From an uncultured Rikenellaceae bacterium (GTDB taxonomy: Bacteria; Bacteroidota; Bacteroidia; Bacteroidales; VadinHA17), in assembly GCA_964596715.1 (NCBI GenBank), contig CAZQVL010000002.1, forward strand, positions 50,829 through 114,828: a stretch of 64,000 nt of DNA. The letters run 5' to 3'. This document shows positions 8,842 to 20,323 of the stretch, in pieces. A program made the translations under genes and the position numbers. The first letter of the stretch is position 1; each line of letters opens with the position of its first letter. Under the pieces are notes generated by a model. It had not been told where the DNA came from, made no database searches, and saw only the letters and a program-made list of their open reading frames with translations.

Positions 8842-11679
8842 ATGAGCGACGAAATAAAAGTCCTTGGAGCAAGGGTTCATAATCTAAAAAATATTGATGT
8901 TGTTATCCCGCATAATAAATTTGTTGTAATAACAGGTTTGAGCGGAAGCGGCAAATCATCACTTGCTTTCGATACTATATATGCAGAGGGTCAGAGACGT
9001 TATATTGAAACCCTGTCAGCTTATGCCCGTCAGTTTTTAGGCGGTATGGAACGACCCGATGTTGATAAGATTACAGGATTAAGCCCTGTGATCTCCATCG
9101 AACAAAAAACAACAAATAAAAATCCCAGGTCAACGGTTGGTACTATTACAGAGATTTATGATTTTCTGAGACTTTTATATGCTCGTGCCGCAGATGCCTA
9201 TTCTTACACTTCCGGTGAGAAGATGGTGAAATACACAGATGACCAGATACTTGAGCTTATCAAGAATCGTTTCAACAACAGGAAAGTCTACTTTTTAGCT
9301 CCACTGGTCAAAGGGAGAAAAGGGCACTATAAGGAGTTATTTGAACAACTCCGGCGGAAAGGATTTCTCAATGTACGTGTTAATGGAGAAATACAGGAAT
9401 TGGTCTCCGGAATGAAACTTGACAGATATAAGACTCATTATATCGAACTTGTGGTTGATAAACTAAGGGTAGGGGATATAACCGATAAACGTCTCCGCGA
9501 CTCGGTACTGATGTCGCTCGATCAGGGTGATGGAGTAATGATGGTTCTTGATTTTGAAAGTAAAGAACCCCGTTTTTTCAGCCGGCATCTTATGTGTCCC
9601 GTTACAGGTTTATCCTATAACGAACCAGCTCCTCATACTTTCTCATTTAACTCACCTCAGGGAGCTTGTCCTCACTGTAATGGTCTGGGTGAAATATCCA
9701 GCATCGATCTGAAAAAAATTATCCCCGATCCTGAGCTCAGTATCAGGAATGGCGGCATAGTACCGCTCGGAAAATACAGAAATGTCTGGATTTTCTGGCA
9801 GATTGAAGCTATTGCGGAAAAAAACGGTTTTACACTTGATACTCCGATCAGAGATATTCCGGAAGATGCCCTGAACAAGGTTCTTTACGGGTCGGATGAG
9901 GTGCTTAAGCTGTCAAATACTCCGCTAGGTATGACATCAAACTATTTCCTGACTTTTGAAGGAGTGGTCAACTTTGTCGGAAATATCGAGGCAATAAACG
10001 GGAAGAAGAACGGAACCAGATTAAGGGATCAGTATATTCAATATCATACATGCCCGGAATGTAACGGAACAAGACTTAAAAAGGAATCTCTTTTTTTCAG
10101 GATAGACGGTAAAAATATCGGTGAGCTGTCCTCAATGGATATAAGGGAATTATCGTCATTTCTGATCAATATTGAGGACAGGATGACGGGCAGACAAAAA
10201 AAAATTGCTTCAGAGATTCTCAAAGAGTTAAGGGACAGGCTTGGATTTCTTCTTGAAGTAGGTCTGGAATACCTTTCACTGAACAGGGGTGCAAGAACAC
10301 TGTCAGGTGGAGAGAGTCAGAGGATAAGGCTGGCCACTCAGATCGGATCAAGACTGGTAAACGTTTTATATATACTTGATGAACCAAGCATAGGATTACA
10401 TCAAAGGGATAACAGGAGGCTGATTGCATCTCTGAAACAGCTCAGGGATTCAGGTAATTCGATCATCGTTGTTGAGCATGATAAGGAGATGATCCTATCA
10501 GCTGATCATATTATTGACATGGGTCCGGGTGCAGGTCGTCACGGAGGCCATGTAGTTGCCTGCGGGAAACCTGATGAAATAAAAAACTTTGAGACACTTA
10601 CTTCATCATACCTTAATAATAAAAAGAAGTTTCATTTGCCAGACATCAGGAGAAGGGGCAATGGGAAATTTCTTTTTTTAACGGGAGCTACAGGTCATAA
10701 TCTGAACAATGTGGATCTTATGTTGCCTCTCGGGACATTTATTTGTGTTACAGGTGTCTCCGGAAGCGGAAAATCGTCGCTGATTAATCAGACCCTTCAT
10801 CCTGCGCTTGCACAGAGATTTCATAATTCGGGCAAATCAGCTTTACCCTTCAGGGAGATTTCAGGCCTTGAACACCTCGATAAAGTGATTGAAGTCAGTC
10901 AGTCTCCGATAGGAAAGACCCCGCGATCAAATCCTGCCACTTATACAGGAGTTTTTACTGATATCAGAAAGCTGTTTGAACAGACAACTGAAGCGAAGAT
11001 CCGGGGTTTCCGTGCCGGCAGGTTTTCTTTCAATGTAAAGGGTGGGCGTTGTGAAGGATGTGAAGGAGCAGGGATGAAAACGATTGAAATGAATTTTTTA
11101 CCTGATGTATATGTTCATTGTACCGAGTGCAATGGTAAACGTTATAACCGAGAAACGCTTGAAGTAAAATATAAAGGAAAATCTATCAGCGATGTGCTCG
11201 AGATGACTGTTAACGTGGCGGTCGAATTTTTTGCCAATATTCCTTCAATATATCATAAAATCAAAACATTACAGGATGTTGGACTGGGTTATATAGGGTT
11301 GGGACAACAATCAACAACCCTCTCCGGCGGGGAAGCCCAGAGAATTAAGCTTGCTACAGAACTGGCACGCCGCGATACCGGCAGGACACTTTATATCCTC
11401 GATGAACCTACAACAGGATTACATTTCGAAGATGTAAGAGTACTTCTCGATGTGTTGAACAGGCTTGTTACACGTGGCAACACAGTGGTTGTGATCGAAC
11501 ATAATATTGATGTTATCAAAATGGCAGATTATATTGTGGACCTGGGCAAAGAAGGTGGAAAGGAGGGGGGAAACATTATCTTCTCAGGTCCCCCTGAAAA
11601 ACTTGTTGAATGCGAGGAAAGTTATACGGGAATATTTTTGAAACCGGAACTTAAGGCACCAGAATTTAACTATATTTGA
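8842..11679 (+). CDS. uvrA: Excinuclease ABC subunit A
   Basis: Two ABC modules ([32 protein letters not shown]) and zinc-finger cysteines. Confidence 0.97.
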   Translation: MSDEIKVLGARVHNLKNIDVVIPHNKFVVITGLSGSGKSSLAFDTIYAEGQRRYIETLSAYARQFLGGMERPDVDKITGLSPVISIEQKTTNKNPRSTVGTITEIYDFLRLLYARAADAYSYTSGEKMVKYTDDQILELIKNRFNNRKVYFLAPLVKGRKGHYKELFEQLRRKGFLNVRVNGEIQELVSGMKLDRYKTHYIELVVDKLRVGDITDKRLRDSVLMSLDQGDGVMMVLDFESKEPRFFSRHLMCPVTGLSYNEPAPHTFSFNSPQGACPHCNGLGEISSIDLKKIIPDPELSIRNGGIVPLGKYRNVWIFWQIEAIAEKNGFTLDTPIRDIPEDALNKVLYGSDEVLKLSNTPLGMTSNYFLTFEGVVNFVGNIEAINGKKNGTRLRDQYIQYHTCPECNGTRLKKESLFFRIDGKNIGELSSMDIRELSSFLINIEDRMTGRQKKIASEILKELRDRLGFLLEVGLEYLSLNRGARTLSGGESQRIRLATQIGSRLVNVLYILDEPSIGLHQRDNRRLIASLKQLRDSGNSIIVVEHDKEMILSADHIIDMGPGAGRHGGHVVACGKPDEIKNFETLTSSYLNNKKKFHLPDIRRRGNGKFLFLTGATGHNLNNVDLMLPLGTFICVTGVSGSGKSSLINQTLHPALAQRFHNSGKSALPFREISGLEHLDKVIEVSQSPIGKTPRSNPATYTGVFTDIRKLFEQTTEAKIRGFRAGRFSFNVKGGRCEGCEGAGMKTIEMNFLPDVYVHCTECNGKRYNRETLEVKYKGKSISDVLEMTVNVAVEFFANIPSIYHKIKTLQDVGLGYIGLGQQSTTLSGGEAQRIKLATELARRDTGRTLYILDEPTTGLHFEDVRVLLDVLNRLVTRGNTVVVIEHNIDVIKMADYIVDLGKEGGKEGGNIIFSGPPEKLVECEESYTGIFLKPELKAPEFNYI

Positions 11680-11705
11680 TACAATAATTTTTATCGTTAG
11701 TCAAA

Positions 11706-12416
11706 ATGGAGAAACCGGCTGATCTGATTAAAGATGCTTTTAAACAAAAAACCTGGCAAGAGATACATATTACTGATTCATGGAGAGTATTTAAGATACT
11801 GTCAGAGCTTGTAGAGGGATTCGAAAAGCTTGCACGTATCGGTCCCTGTGTATCAATTTTCGGTTCAGCAAGAACCCATTACAATGATAAGTACTACAAA
11901 CTGGCTGAGGATATTGCCTTTAAACTGACTCAGAATGGATACGGAGTGATTACTGGCGGAGGTCCGGGTATAATGGAGGCTGCCAATAAAGGTGCAAAAC
12001 GTGGAAATGGCAAATCAGTGGGGATAAATATTGACCTTCCCTTTGAACAGCGACCAAATTCATTTATCGACTCCGACAAGCTGATAACCTTTGACCATTT
12101 CTTTATCAGGAAAGTAATGTTTATGAAGTATGCACAGGGATTTATAGTTCTTCCCGGAGGATTCGGTACCTTTGATGAATTATTTGAGGCAATCACACTT
12201 ATACAGACCAGAAAGATCGGAAAATTTCCAATTATACTCGTCGGGAAAAAATACTGGAATGGATTGATCAGATGGATTAAAGAAGAGATGCTGGCGGAAG
12301 AACACAACATCTCAAACGAAGATCTTGACTTATTCACTCTTGTAGATACATCAGACCAAGCTGTGAATTATATTGTCAGGTTTTACTCGAGATATCTTCT
12401 CAGTCCCAATTTCTGA
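11706..12416 (+). CDS. LOG-family (TIGR00730) nucleotide-binding protein
   Basis: VSIFGSAR, TGGGPGIMEAANKG, PGGFGTFDEL. Confidence 0.9.
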   Translation: MEKPADLIKDAFKQKTWQEIHITDSWRVFKILSELVEGFEKLARIGPCVSIFGSARTHYNDKYYKLAEDIAFKLTQNGYGVITGGGPGIMEAANKGAKRGNGKSVGINIDLPFEQRPNSFIDSDKLITFDHFFIRKVMFMKYAQGFIVLPGGFGTFDELFEAITLIQTRKIGKFPIILVGKKYWNGLIRWIKEEMLAEEHNISNEDLDLFTLVDTSDQAVNYIVRFYSRYLLSPNF

Positions 12417-12418
12417 TT

Positions 12419-12877
12419 TCATACTTTTCTTAGCCGGTTCATCTCCCTGTCAGCGTCTTTGCGTTTGATAGTCTGACGTTTATCGTACTCTCTTTTACCT
12501 TTTGATATGGCAATTTCAGCTTTTGCCAGACCTCTTTCATTGATAAAAACTTTAATTACAATTATAGTGAGGCCTGTCTCCTTTACTTTTCTTTCAATCT
12601 TCTTCAATTCACGGGCAGTGAGAAGCAGCTTACGCTCTCTCAAAGGATCGTGATTATTAAGATTACCCCACCAGTACTCCGCTATATGCATTCCCCTGAT
12701 ATAAAGCTCTCCCTCCCTGAAAAAACAATATGAATCGGCAAGAGTGGCCTTTCCGAGTCTTATTGATTTAATTTCAGTTCCGGTCAGTTGTATGCCGGCA
12801 ACAAATTTTTCGAGGAACTCATAATCATACGAGGCCTTTTTGTTTCTAATTGTGATATTGCCGGGATTGCTTTTCAT
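12419..12877 (-). CDS. smpB: SsrA-binding protein
   Basis: NKKASYDY, AGIQLTGTEIKSIR, KLLL, KGKREYDKRQTIK; start taken at ATG 12877. Confidence 0.95.
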   Translation of the reverse strand: MKSNPGNITIRNKKASYDYEFLEKFVAGIQLTGTEIKSIRLGKATLADSYCFFREGELYIRGMHIAEYWWGNLNNHDPLRERKLLLTARELKKIERKVKETGLTIIVIKVFINERGLAKAEIAISKGKREYDKRQTIKRKDADREMNRLRKV

Positions 12878-12946
12878 AACAGGTTGCACGCACGGCAAAA
12901 TTAAGTAAATTTATGGTAACTTGCTTTCTTTTACAGTATTGTCACC

Positions 12947-13876
12947 ATGAATCCCGGATTAAAGACTTTAAAATATGATATACTGGTAATTACGGGACCA
13001 ACAGCCTCTGGTAAGACATCTCTTGCTGCTGCTGTAGCCATGAAGCTCGGCGGAGAAATCATAAATGCAGATTCCCGTCAGGTTTACAGGGATATGAATC
13101 TGGGAACCGGAAAAGACTATGATGATTATGTAGTTGATGGTTATTGTGTACCATTCCATCTTATTGATATAGTTGATCCGGGATATAAATACAATGTTTT
13201 TGAGTATCAAAGTGATTTTATAAAAGTCTATAATGATCTGAGAAAACGGCAGATATTCCCTGTTGTCTGTGGTGGTTCAGGTATGTATATCGACAGTATT
13301 GTTTCAGGCTACAGGATGTTTAAGGTACCACCTGATCCCATCCTCAGAACAGAACTTGAAAAGAAATCAATGAATGAACTTACCGGATTACTATCGTCTC
13401 TTAAAAAACTTCACAATAAGACCGATCTGGATTCAAAAAAAAGGGTGATCAGGGCTATTGAAATAGAAAAATATCATGCTGCGCGAGAGAAACAACATCC
13501 ACAATTTCCTGAGCTGAATTCTCTGGTAGCAGGTGTGATGTCAGACAGGGAAACCCGGCGCCGGAGGATCTCTGAGAGGCTGAAACAACGGCTTGAAGCA
13601 GGTATGGTTGATGAGGTAAGAGAATTGCTGGATAAGGGAATTAAACCTGATGTTTTGATTTATTATGGGCTTGAATATAAGTACATTACATTATATCTGA
13701 ATGGCAAGCTGACTTATAACGATATGGTCAGGGATCTTGAGACAGCCATTCACCAGTTTGCCAAGCGTCAGATGACATGGTTCAGGGGGATGGAGCGCAG
13801 GGGTATGAAGATCCACTGGCTCGACGGGGAGCTGTCGATAGGAGAGAAGGTAAGACAGGTTCTCGGATTACTTTAA
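12947..13876 (+). CDS. miaA: tRNA dimethylallyltransferase
   Basis: GPTASGKT, DSRQVY, VCGGSGMY, FAKRQMTWF. Confidence 0.9.
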   Translation: MNPGLKTLKYDILVITGPTASGKTSLAAAVAMKLGGEIINADSRQVYRDMNLGTGKDYDDYVVDGYCVPFHLIDIVDPGYKYNVFEYQSDFIKVYNDLRKRQIFPVVCGGSGMYIDSIVSGYRMFKVPPDPILRTELEKKSMNELTGLLSSLKKLHNKTDLDSKKRVIRAIEIEKYHAAREKQHPQFPELNSLVAGVMSDRETRRRRISERLKQRLEAGMVDEVRELLDKGIKPDVLIYYGLEYKYITLYLNGKLTYNDMVRDLETAIHQFAKRQMTWFRGMERRGMKIHWLDGELSIGEKVRQVLGLL

Positions 13877-15928
13877 ATATGTCTCCAGCCACTCAAAGAA
13901 TTCGCGTTGCCAGATAATTGCATTATGCGGTTTTAATACAAAATGGGTTTCATCCTCAAAGAACAGCAGCCTGCTGGGTATTTCAAGCAACTGGGCTGCC
14001 TGAAAGGCTTCCATACTCTGTGCAAAGGGTATCCTGAAATCGTTAGCTCCGGTTATTATGAGTATTGGTGTATCCCAGTTATCAACTATTAAATGGGGAG
14101 AGAAACGGTAACTTTCCGGTCTGATCCAGTAGGGACCCTCAATGTCTTTATTTGGAAACCATAGCTCCTCAGTGGTTCCATACCAGCTTGTAAAGTTGAA
14201 AACACCACAGTGGGAAATAAATGCTTTAAAACGTCCTCCGTGAATTCCTGCAAGGTAGAAGACTGAAAATCCGCCATAGCTTGCTCCGACAGCTCCCAGT
14301 CTTTGTTCATCCACAAAAGGTTCTTTAGCCATGGCATCGGTAGCATCGAGGTAATCCTGCATGTTGGCGCCGCCGTAATCACCTGAGATCTGTTCTTTCC
14401 ATTCCTGTCCAAAACCGGAATTACCCCGTCTGTTAGGGGCAATTACAATATATCCTTTAGCTGCCATCATTTGAAAGTTCCAGCGGTAAGACCAGAACTG
14501 ACCTATTGGTGTTTGAGGACCACCATTACAAAACAGCAGAGCAGAGTACTTCTTTGCCGGATCAAAATCCGGAGGATAAACAATCCACATTTGCAGATCT
14601 TTATTGTCTTTTGTTATAATGTATCGCTCTTCCACTCTGCCCATCCTGACCGATTCATATATATCTTTATTAATATTGGTTATCTGATTAATCTGCCCTG
14701 TTGACATATCAACAATTGAAATTTCCGGGGCCATAGACATTGATACCAGGCCTGATATAAGCACTCCGGATTTAAGGTCAAGAGGCCCCATGTCATGGAC
14801 TCCTTCAGTTACTTTGACTATGTTTCCGCCGGTAGTGCTGATTTTAAATATCTCTGTTGTCCCAAGATAAGCACAGGTAAAATAAAGAGTCTGGTTATCG
14901 GCCCACGTAATGGTTTCTACATCAAAATCCCATCCCTTTGAGAGCCATCTGCGGATTCCGGTTTCAATATCATAAATAAACAGCCGGTCAAGATCTGACT
15001 CATAGCCATCTCTCTCCATGCTCTGAAAAGCTATTTTGGACCCGTCGGGTGAAAAGACGGGATATCTGTCATATCCTCTGTTTCCTTCGGTAATATTGAT
15101 TTCTTTCCCTGAAGATACTTCGTAAAGAAAGATATCTGAATTGGTACTTCTGGCATAATCTTTACCGATCAGCCTTTTTGATGTATAAGCAATATATTTT
15201 CCATCGGAACTCCACGAAATTTCTCCTTCATCAAAATATGGCGCCAATGGTGATTCAAATCTCTGGCCTTCCATTATATCTTTTTCACCTGATACACTTC
15301 TGTTGTCGAAAGATGCCACAAATATATGACTGTATGAATAGTCGCTCCAGTAATTCCAGTGGCGGTACATAAGGTCATCAATTATACGGACTTTTGCGTT
15401 TGGCAGGTTATGTTTTTCGATGGCAGTCTGGTTCATTTTAATCCTTCTTGTAAAATATATTTTGTTGCCGGCAGGAGAGATACTGTAGATTTCAAAACCT
15501 GACAGACCTTTTACTGTCTGTTTACCTGAACCATCAGCATTCATAGTGATAAGATTACCTTCCTTAATGTATGCTATTTTCATTCCGTTATCAAACCACT
15601 GGGGAGCGCTTCCTCCTTCGCTGGTAAGCTGTACGGGATCACCTCCGTGTGAAGGTATTTTATAGATATTTGTAATTCTTGCTTCGGTTCGGTAATCAAT
15701 ATTTGTAACTGTGTATAATACAGCAGACCCATCGGGGGCTAGTGAGACTGTTCCGAGCCGTCCTAATTTCCACATGATTTCAGGAGTCATCACACCTCCT
15801 GCTTTTTCTTCTTCAGTCAGCTGGTTATTTAACTGCGGCGTTGTTTCCTGGCTGACGGGAGCTTCTTGTCTGCATGAAATAAAGGAAAAGACGATCAGGA
15901 TCATCAAAAGGCTAAGAGATCTATTCAT
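13868..15928 (-). CDS. S9-family (prolyl oligopeptidase/dipeptidyl peptidase-like) lipoprotein peptidase
   Basis: Lipobox (FISC), beta-propeller repeats, nucleophile GASYGG, Asp in DFRIP and His in ETHFV. Confidence 0.9.
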   Translation of the reverse strand: MNRSLSLLMILIVFSFISCRQEAPVSQETTPQLNNQLTEEEKAGGVMTPEIMWKLGRLGTVSLAPDGSAVLYTVTNIDYRTEARITNIYKIPSHGGDPVQLTSEGGSAPQWFDNGMKIAYIKEGNLITMNADGSGKQTVKGLSGFEIYSISPAGNKIYFTRRIKMNQTAIEKHNLPNAKVRIIDDLMYRHWNYWSDYSYSHIFVASFDNRSVSGEKDIMEGQRFESPLAPYFDEGEISWSSDGKYIAYTSKRLIGKDYARSTNSDIFLYEVSSGKEINITEGNRGYDRYPVFSPDGSKIAFQSMERDGYESDLDRLFIYDIETGIRRWLSKGWDFDVETITWADNQTLYFTCAYLGTTEIFKISTTGGNIVKVTEGVHDMGPLDLKSGVLISGLVSMSMAPEISIVDMSTGQINQITNINKDIYESVRMGRVEERYIITKDNKDLQMWIVYPPDFDPAKKYSALLFCNGGPQTPIGQFWSYRWNFQMMAAKGYIVIAPNRRGNSGFGQEWKEQISGDYGGANMQDYLDATDAMAKEPFVDEQRLGAVGASYGGFSVFYLAGIHGGRFKAFISHCGVFNFTSWYGTTEELWFPNKDIEGPYWIRPESYRFSPHLIVDNWDTPILIITGANDFRIPFAQSMEAFQAAQLLEIPSRLLFFEDETHFVLKPHNAIIWQREFFEWLETYLK

Positions 15929-15946
15929 GTCTGGATATTATATTGA

Positions 15947-16957
15947 TTATTGTTTTCTGATCAGTTTAGCTATTTTGGATTTCAACTCATCATGCAGTTC
16001 AGGATTGTCTTTAATTATCTGTTTAACTGCATCCCTGCCCTGTCCAAGTTTTGTTTCGCCATAACTGAACCACGAACCGCTTTTATTTATGATGTCTAAG
16101 TCGACTCCGAGGTCAACGATTTCTCCAAGCTGGGATATTCCTTCACCATAGAGGATATCAAAATCGGCCTTTTTAAATGGTGGCGCAAGCTTGTTTTTCA
16201 CAATTTTGACCCTTGTCCTGTTTCCAATGACCTCTTCTCCTTCTTTGATCTGATTGCTTCTGCGGATATCGACACGGACTGTGGCATAGAATTTGAGCGC
16301 ATTACCTCCTGTTGTGGTTTCAGGGTTTCCAAACATAACACCTATTTTATCCCTGAGCTGGTTTATGAAAACACACGAAGTATTTGTTTTATTGATATTG
16401 GCTGTAAGTTTTCTCAAAGCCTGTGACATTAACCTTGCCTGGAGGCCCATTTTTGAATCACCCATCTCTCCTTCAATCTCTGCCTTTGGAGTCAATGCAG
16501 CAACTGAGTCAATTACCACAATGTCGAGTGCTCCGGACCGGATCAGGTTGTCAGCTATTTCAAGAGCTTGTTCGCCGTTATCGGGTTGTGATATCAGAAG
16601 GTTTTCGACATCTACTCCAAGCTTCTCTGCGTAGTTACGGTCAAAGGTGTGTTCCGCATCAATTATCGCAGCTATTCCGCCATTTTTTTGGGCTTCAGCT
16701 ATTGCATGAATTGCAAGAGTAGTTTTACCTGACGCTTCGGGTCCGTAAATCTCAATAACCCGTCCGCGGGGAAAACCTCCTATTCCCAGCGCAGCATCCA
16801 GCCCGATAGAACCGGTTGAGATCACCTGTATATTATCAACTGCGTGATCTCCCAGCTTCATAATGGTTCCCTTGCCAAAATCCTTCTCTATTTTCCCCAG
16901 TGTAACCTCGAGTGCTTTAAGCTTTTCCTTGTTTATTTCCTTTCTTTCATTGCTCAT
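15947..16957 (-). CDS. recA: Recombinase A
   Basis: [38 protein letters not shown]. Confidence 0.98.
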   Translation of the reverse strand: MSNERKEINKEKLKALEVTLGKIEKDFGKGTIMKLGDHAVDNIQVISTGSIGLDAALGIGGFPRGRVIEIYGPEASGKTTLAIHAIAEAQKNGGIAAIIDAEHTFDRNYAEKLGVDVENLLISQPDNGEQALEIADNLIRSGALDIVVIDSVAALTPKAEIEGEMGDSKMGLQARLMSQALRKLTANINKTNTSCVFINQLRDKIGVMFGNPETTTGGNALKFYATVRVDIRRSNQIKEGEEVIGNRTRVKIVKNKLAPPFKKADFDILYGEGISQLGEIVDLGVDLDIINKSGSWFSYGETKLGQGRDAVKQIIKDNPELHDELKSKIAKLIRKQ

Positions 16958-16969
16958 ATTGCCGGTATT

Positions 16970-17431
16970 TTATTGGTATATTTTGAAAATCTGCGCTGAG
17001 TGATCTTTCGTTTCAACTTCAGTGATAATTCTTTCTATAATCCCTTTTTCATCAATGATAAAGGTCGTTCTGGCAACTCCCATAAAGCTCTTCCCGTATA
17101 ATTTTTTTTCACGCCACACTCCATAATCATTAAGGATTTTTTTTGAAGGATCTGAGATAAGGGGAAATGGTAACGAATATTTTGATGCGAAGTCCTTATG
17201 CGATTTTTCACTATCCATGCTTACTCCCACAACAGCAAATCCTTTATCAATTAATGAGTTATAATTATCGCGGAGATTGCAGGCTTCGGCTATACAACCA
17301 GGAGTGTTGTCTTTCGGATAAAAATATAATACTACCTTTTTGCCTGCGAAATCACTGAGTTTAACAAGCCTGCCATCCTGGTCAGTACCTTCAAACAGTG
17401 GTGCTTTTATTCCCTCTTTTAATTGTGTCAT
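16970..17431 (-). CDS. bcp: Peroxiredoxin Bcp
   Basis: YFYPKDNTPGCIAEAC; start at MTQL (17431); directly upstream of recA. Confidence 0.93.
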   Translation of the reverse strand: MTQLKEGIKAPLFEGTDQDGRLVKLSDFAGKKVVLYFYPKDNTPGCIAEACNLRDNYNSLIDKGFAVVGVSMDSEKSHKDFASKYSLPFPLISDPSKKILNDYGVWREKKLYGKSFMGVARTTFIIDEKGIIERIITEVETKDHSAQIFKIYQ

Positions 17432-17603
17432 ACGATTATTAATTTTGTAATTAGTGGTAAATTTACGAAGTTTGAATTGCATTCTGATAAAAATATTGCA
17501 ATTGTTATTAACAAAAAACGTTCTATATTAGTAGAGCAAGTAAGGTTAATAGTCAGAAAACAAGCTATTTGTGAAAAAAGGTTACATAATCGGTCAGGGA
17601 AGA

Positions 17604-19319
17604 ATGCGATGGATAAAATGTATCTTGATCGTACTGATTACTTTTTTGTCTGAAAGTATCATCTACTCGCAGGATGATCAGTCGAGACCTTCGCGGCAAT
17701 CAGCTCTTGAAGCTTTTTCCAGAGAAGATTACGAAGTGGCATTGAATGAATTCAGCGAGCTACTGGTGGTATATTCAAAAGATCCTTTATATAAATACTA
17801 TTCAGGAGTATGCCTGGTAAAGCTGAACAGAGATCCGGAAAATGCGGTGATACTCCTGGAACAGGCCCTCCAGGGTGCGGCTGTCATCAGAACAGTGCCT
17901 GCAGACGGGTGGTTTTATCTCGGCAGGGCCCAGCAAATGTCAGGAAGGTTTGCTGACGCAATAAATTCCTTCAACGTTTTTGCTGATCAATCAGGAAGAA
18001 AATCAGCCAGGGAGTTTAACGTTGCGGAATATATACGCCAGTGTAATGAAAGAAGAGGACAACTGAATGAAACCGCAATCAGAAGGGCAGGGAGTACAAA
18101 GACAAAAGATGCGGAATTGGTAACGGAGGAAAAACCTGAGTTGAAAACTGAAACTGACAGGCAACCGGTTGACAAAACAGGTATTCCACCTGATACTCTT
18201 CCATCAGACTATGAAGAATTAATTGCTGAAGCCCTCGATTATCAGGTTAAAGCTGATTCACTTCAAGGTATTGTTGTTAAGAGAAAAGAGGAACTCGCAA
18301 GCCTTACTGAATCAGAGAGACCAGCGCTGGAAAAGCAAATATCAGAGATCGAGCAGATGTCGACAGCGTATCAGAAGTTAGCTGATCAGAGGTATAATGA
18401 GGCAATGGCTTCAATTGGTAAAAAAAATTCGACCAGAATTGATAAATATCCGAAAAGTATTTCAGGATCAGAAACACAGCAGGAGAAATACGTGCAGGAT
18501 ATTTCAGTTTCAAAAGATAAAGAAGGTATGGCAGTTGATACAGTATCAAGTATAAAAAAGGATTCAGTTTATACCACAAAAGCTAAAACTGACGCTAAAG
18601 TTAAATTCCCTAAAGAAACCGAAGTCTTTTCAATTTTTGAAATTGTTTCAAATCCAGTATATGCAGCCGACGATAAGATTATGATAGATCCTGATATACC
18701 TGAAGGGCTTGTTTACAGGATTCAGGTTGCTGTTTTCCGCAATCCGGTAGCTCCTTCATATTTTAAAGGAATTACTCCGGTATATGGCTTCAGGGTTACC
18801 GGTACTGACAGAACCAATTATTATGCGGGGATGTTCAGGAGGTTTGTTGACGCCAGCAAATCACTTGCATTTATTAAGCAGAAGGGCTTTAAAGATGCCT
18901 TTATTGTATCTTTATATGGAGGCAAACGTGTATCCTCTGAGCGGGCTGCAATTCTGGAAAAGGAGTGGGGGAAAAGACCTTTCTCTTCAGGCTCCGGACC
19001 CGGATTCGATTATCAGAAAGATACCATACCTCCTACTTTATCTTTCAGGGTAGAGGTTATGAGGTCAGAAAAATCGCTTGAGGATGATATGATTGAAACG
19101 ATCAGAAAAATAGCAGGAAAACGTGGGCTGGATATTTATACTACAGGAGAAGGAAATATTGTTTATCTGATTGGAAAATTTATTACCTTTGAGAGTGCAT
19201 CAGAATATGCAGACCTTCTTGTCAGAAACGGTTACCATGAGGCAAAAGTAGGAGCATGGCTTGGTAAAAGGGAAATACCACTTGATATTGCAAGGCAATT
19301 ATTTGAAAATATAGAATGA
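17604..19319 (+). CDS. Secreted TPR protein with C-terminal SPOR-like repeats
   Basis: Signal peptide ending SQ, TPR-like helices, and two VYRIQVAVFRNP / FRVEVMRS...GYHEAKV SPOR-like modules. Confidence 0.7.
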   Translation: MRWIKCILIVLITFLSESIIYSQDDQSRPSRQSALEAFSREDYEVALNEFSELLVVYSKDPLYKYYSGVCLVKLNRDPENAVILLEQALQGAAVIRTVPADGWFYLGRAQQMSGRFADAINSFNVFADQSGRKSAREFNVAEYIRQCNERRGQLNETAIRRAGSTKTKDAELVTEEKPELKTETDRQPVDKTGIPPDTLPSDYEELIAEALDYQVKADSLQGIVVKRKEELASLTESERPALEKQISEIEQMSTAYQKLADQRYNEAMASIGKKNSTRIDKYPKSISGSETQQEKYVQDISVSKDKEGMAVDTVSSIKKDSVYTTKAKTDAKVKFPKETEVFSIFEIVSNPVYAADDKIMIDPDIPEGLVYRIQVAVFRNPVAPSYFKGITPVYGFRVTGTDRTNYYAGMFRRFVDASKSLAFIKQKGFKDAFIVSLYGGKRVSSERAAILEKEWGKRPFSSGSGPGFDYQKDTIPPTLSFRVEVMRSEKSLEDDMIETIRKIAGKRGLDIYTTGEGNIVYLIGKFITFESASEYADLLVRNGYHEAKVGAWLGKREIPLDIARQLFENIE

Positions 19320-19588
19320 AAGAGAGGACGTTACATAAGGGCGATAAGCTGAAGAGAGGAGGGGAATCCGGCTCTCTTATCCTGTTCAATGATGAGATAA
19401 ATACTTTTGATCATGTTATCAAATCATTGGTGGAGGTATGTGGCCACGATTCGGTTCAGGCCGAACAATGTGCACTAATAGTACATTTAAAGGGTAGTTG
19501 TGAGATAAAAACAGGTTTGGTGGAAGTACTGCAGACTATGTGCAGATCGTTAAACGCCAAGGGATTGAATTCTAAGGTGGTGAACTAG
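19316..19588 (+). CDS. clpS: ATP-dependent Clp protease adaptor
   Basis: LILFNDEINTFDHVI...QAEQCALIVHLKG. Confidence 0.88.
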   Translation: MKERTLHKGDKLKRGGESGSLILFNDEINTFDHVIKSLVEVCGHDSVQAEQCALIVHLKGSCEIKTGLVEVLQTMCRSLNAKGLNSKVVN

Positions 19589-20001
19589 AAGTGCCTTTTG
19601 AACAAAAGTGATAATACCTTATCAAAAAGTCCGAGTATCGGTATCCCAATAAAAATGTAAACCAACCATACCGGAAGGTTTAAATCCGGAAGCTCACTGA
19701 ATTTTAGTTCCGGAATATTTAACCTGATATTTTGAAATTTCTCAAGTAACGACATCCCCAAAGTACCAGTCTCACTCCCCGGGGTAAGAACTGCAGCAAT
19801 TATGAGCACGGCTACCACAGCAGCTGAAATTAGAGGAACCATTTTTTCCGTCCGTAGCATGTAATGTACTTTTGCAGGTCTGGTTTCAATATGAATCCTT
19901 GTCATGGTTTTTGATGTGAAACCCTCCGGGGCTTTCTCAATACTCACAGGATTAATGTATTGCCTCAAAAGATCCTCGTTATATTCAGTTTGTCGGTTCA
20001 T
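19585..20001 (-). CDS. Membrane protein, anti-sigma-like partner of the upstream ECF remnant
   Basis: EKAPEGFTSKTMTRI N-terminus plus two TM helices; start overlaps the sigma-remnant stop by 17 nt. Confidence 0.65.
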   Translation of the reverse strand: MNRQTEYNEDLLRQYINPVSIEKAPEGFTSKTMTRIHIETRPAKVHYMLRTEKMVPLISAAVVAVLIIAAVLTPGSETGTLGMSLLEKFQNIRLNIPELKFSELPDLNLPVWLVYIFIGIPILGLFDKVLSLLFKRHF

Positions 20002-20146
20002 AGTATATTACTTTTTTCTTTTCAATTTTCCGGAGGATATCTGCCATTCTCTGTCTTGCTCTGAATAGCCTAATCTTGATATTATCTTCCGGCACATTTC
20101 CAATATTGAACAAATCACTTTTATTAATTCTGTTACTTTGACGCAT
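19985..20146 (-). pseudogene. ECF sigma factor remnant (region 4.2 and C-tail only)
   Basis: 53-codon frame ending NVPEDNIKIRLFRARQRMADILRKIEKKKVIYYEPTN*; regions 2 to 4.1 are absent. Confidence 0.8.
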
Positions 20147-20166
20147 AAAATTATTAATCGGTTTCA
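20140..20166 (-). promoter_or_regulatory. ECF-type promoter of the deleted sigma gene
   Basis: Minus strand TGAAAC-N17-CGTC, a perfect AAC-N17-CGTC match. Confidence 0.6.
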
Positions 20167-20258
20167 GGATTTAAATAGAAAATTATCAGCTCTGGTCAAT
20201 AAAAAATAACTTATAATCCGCATTGTATTCCGCTGCAAATACTTTTTTCATTAACTAT

Positions 20259-20284
20259 GTAACCATTTTCTATGGACCTGTGTC
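20259..20284 (+). promoter_or_regulatory. ECF-type promoter of the divergent membrane-protein gene
   Basis: GTAAC-N17-TGTC, 40 bp upstream of the ATG at 20324. Confidence 0.55.
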
Positions 20285-20323
20285 TAAAGGTTAAAAAAGA
20301 GTGTTTAACCAATTTTAAAAGTC

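Noticed and set aside
12419-12877. tmRNA (ssrA) near smpB
   Set aside because: No tmRNA-like sequence in the flanking short intergenic regions.
16970-17431. Selenocysteine or recoding in redox genes (bcp, lpdA)
   Set aside because: Both have ordinary Cys codons and no in-frame TGA.
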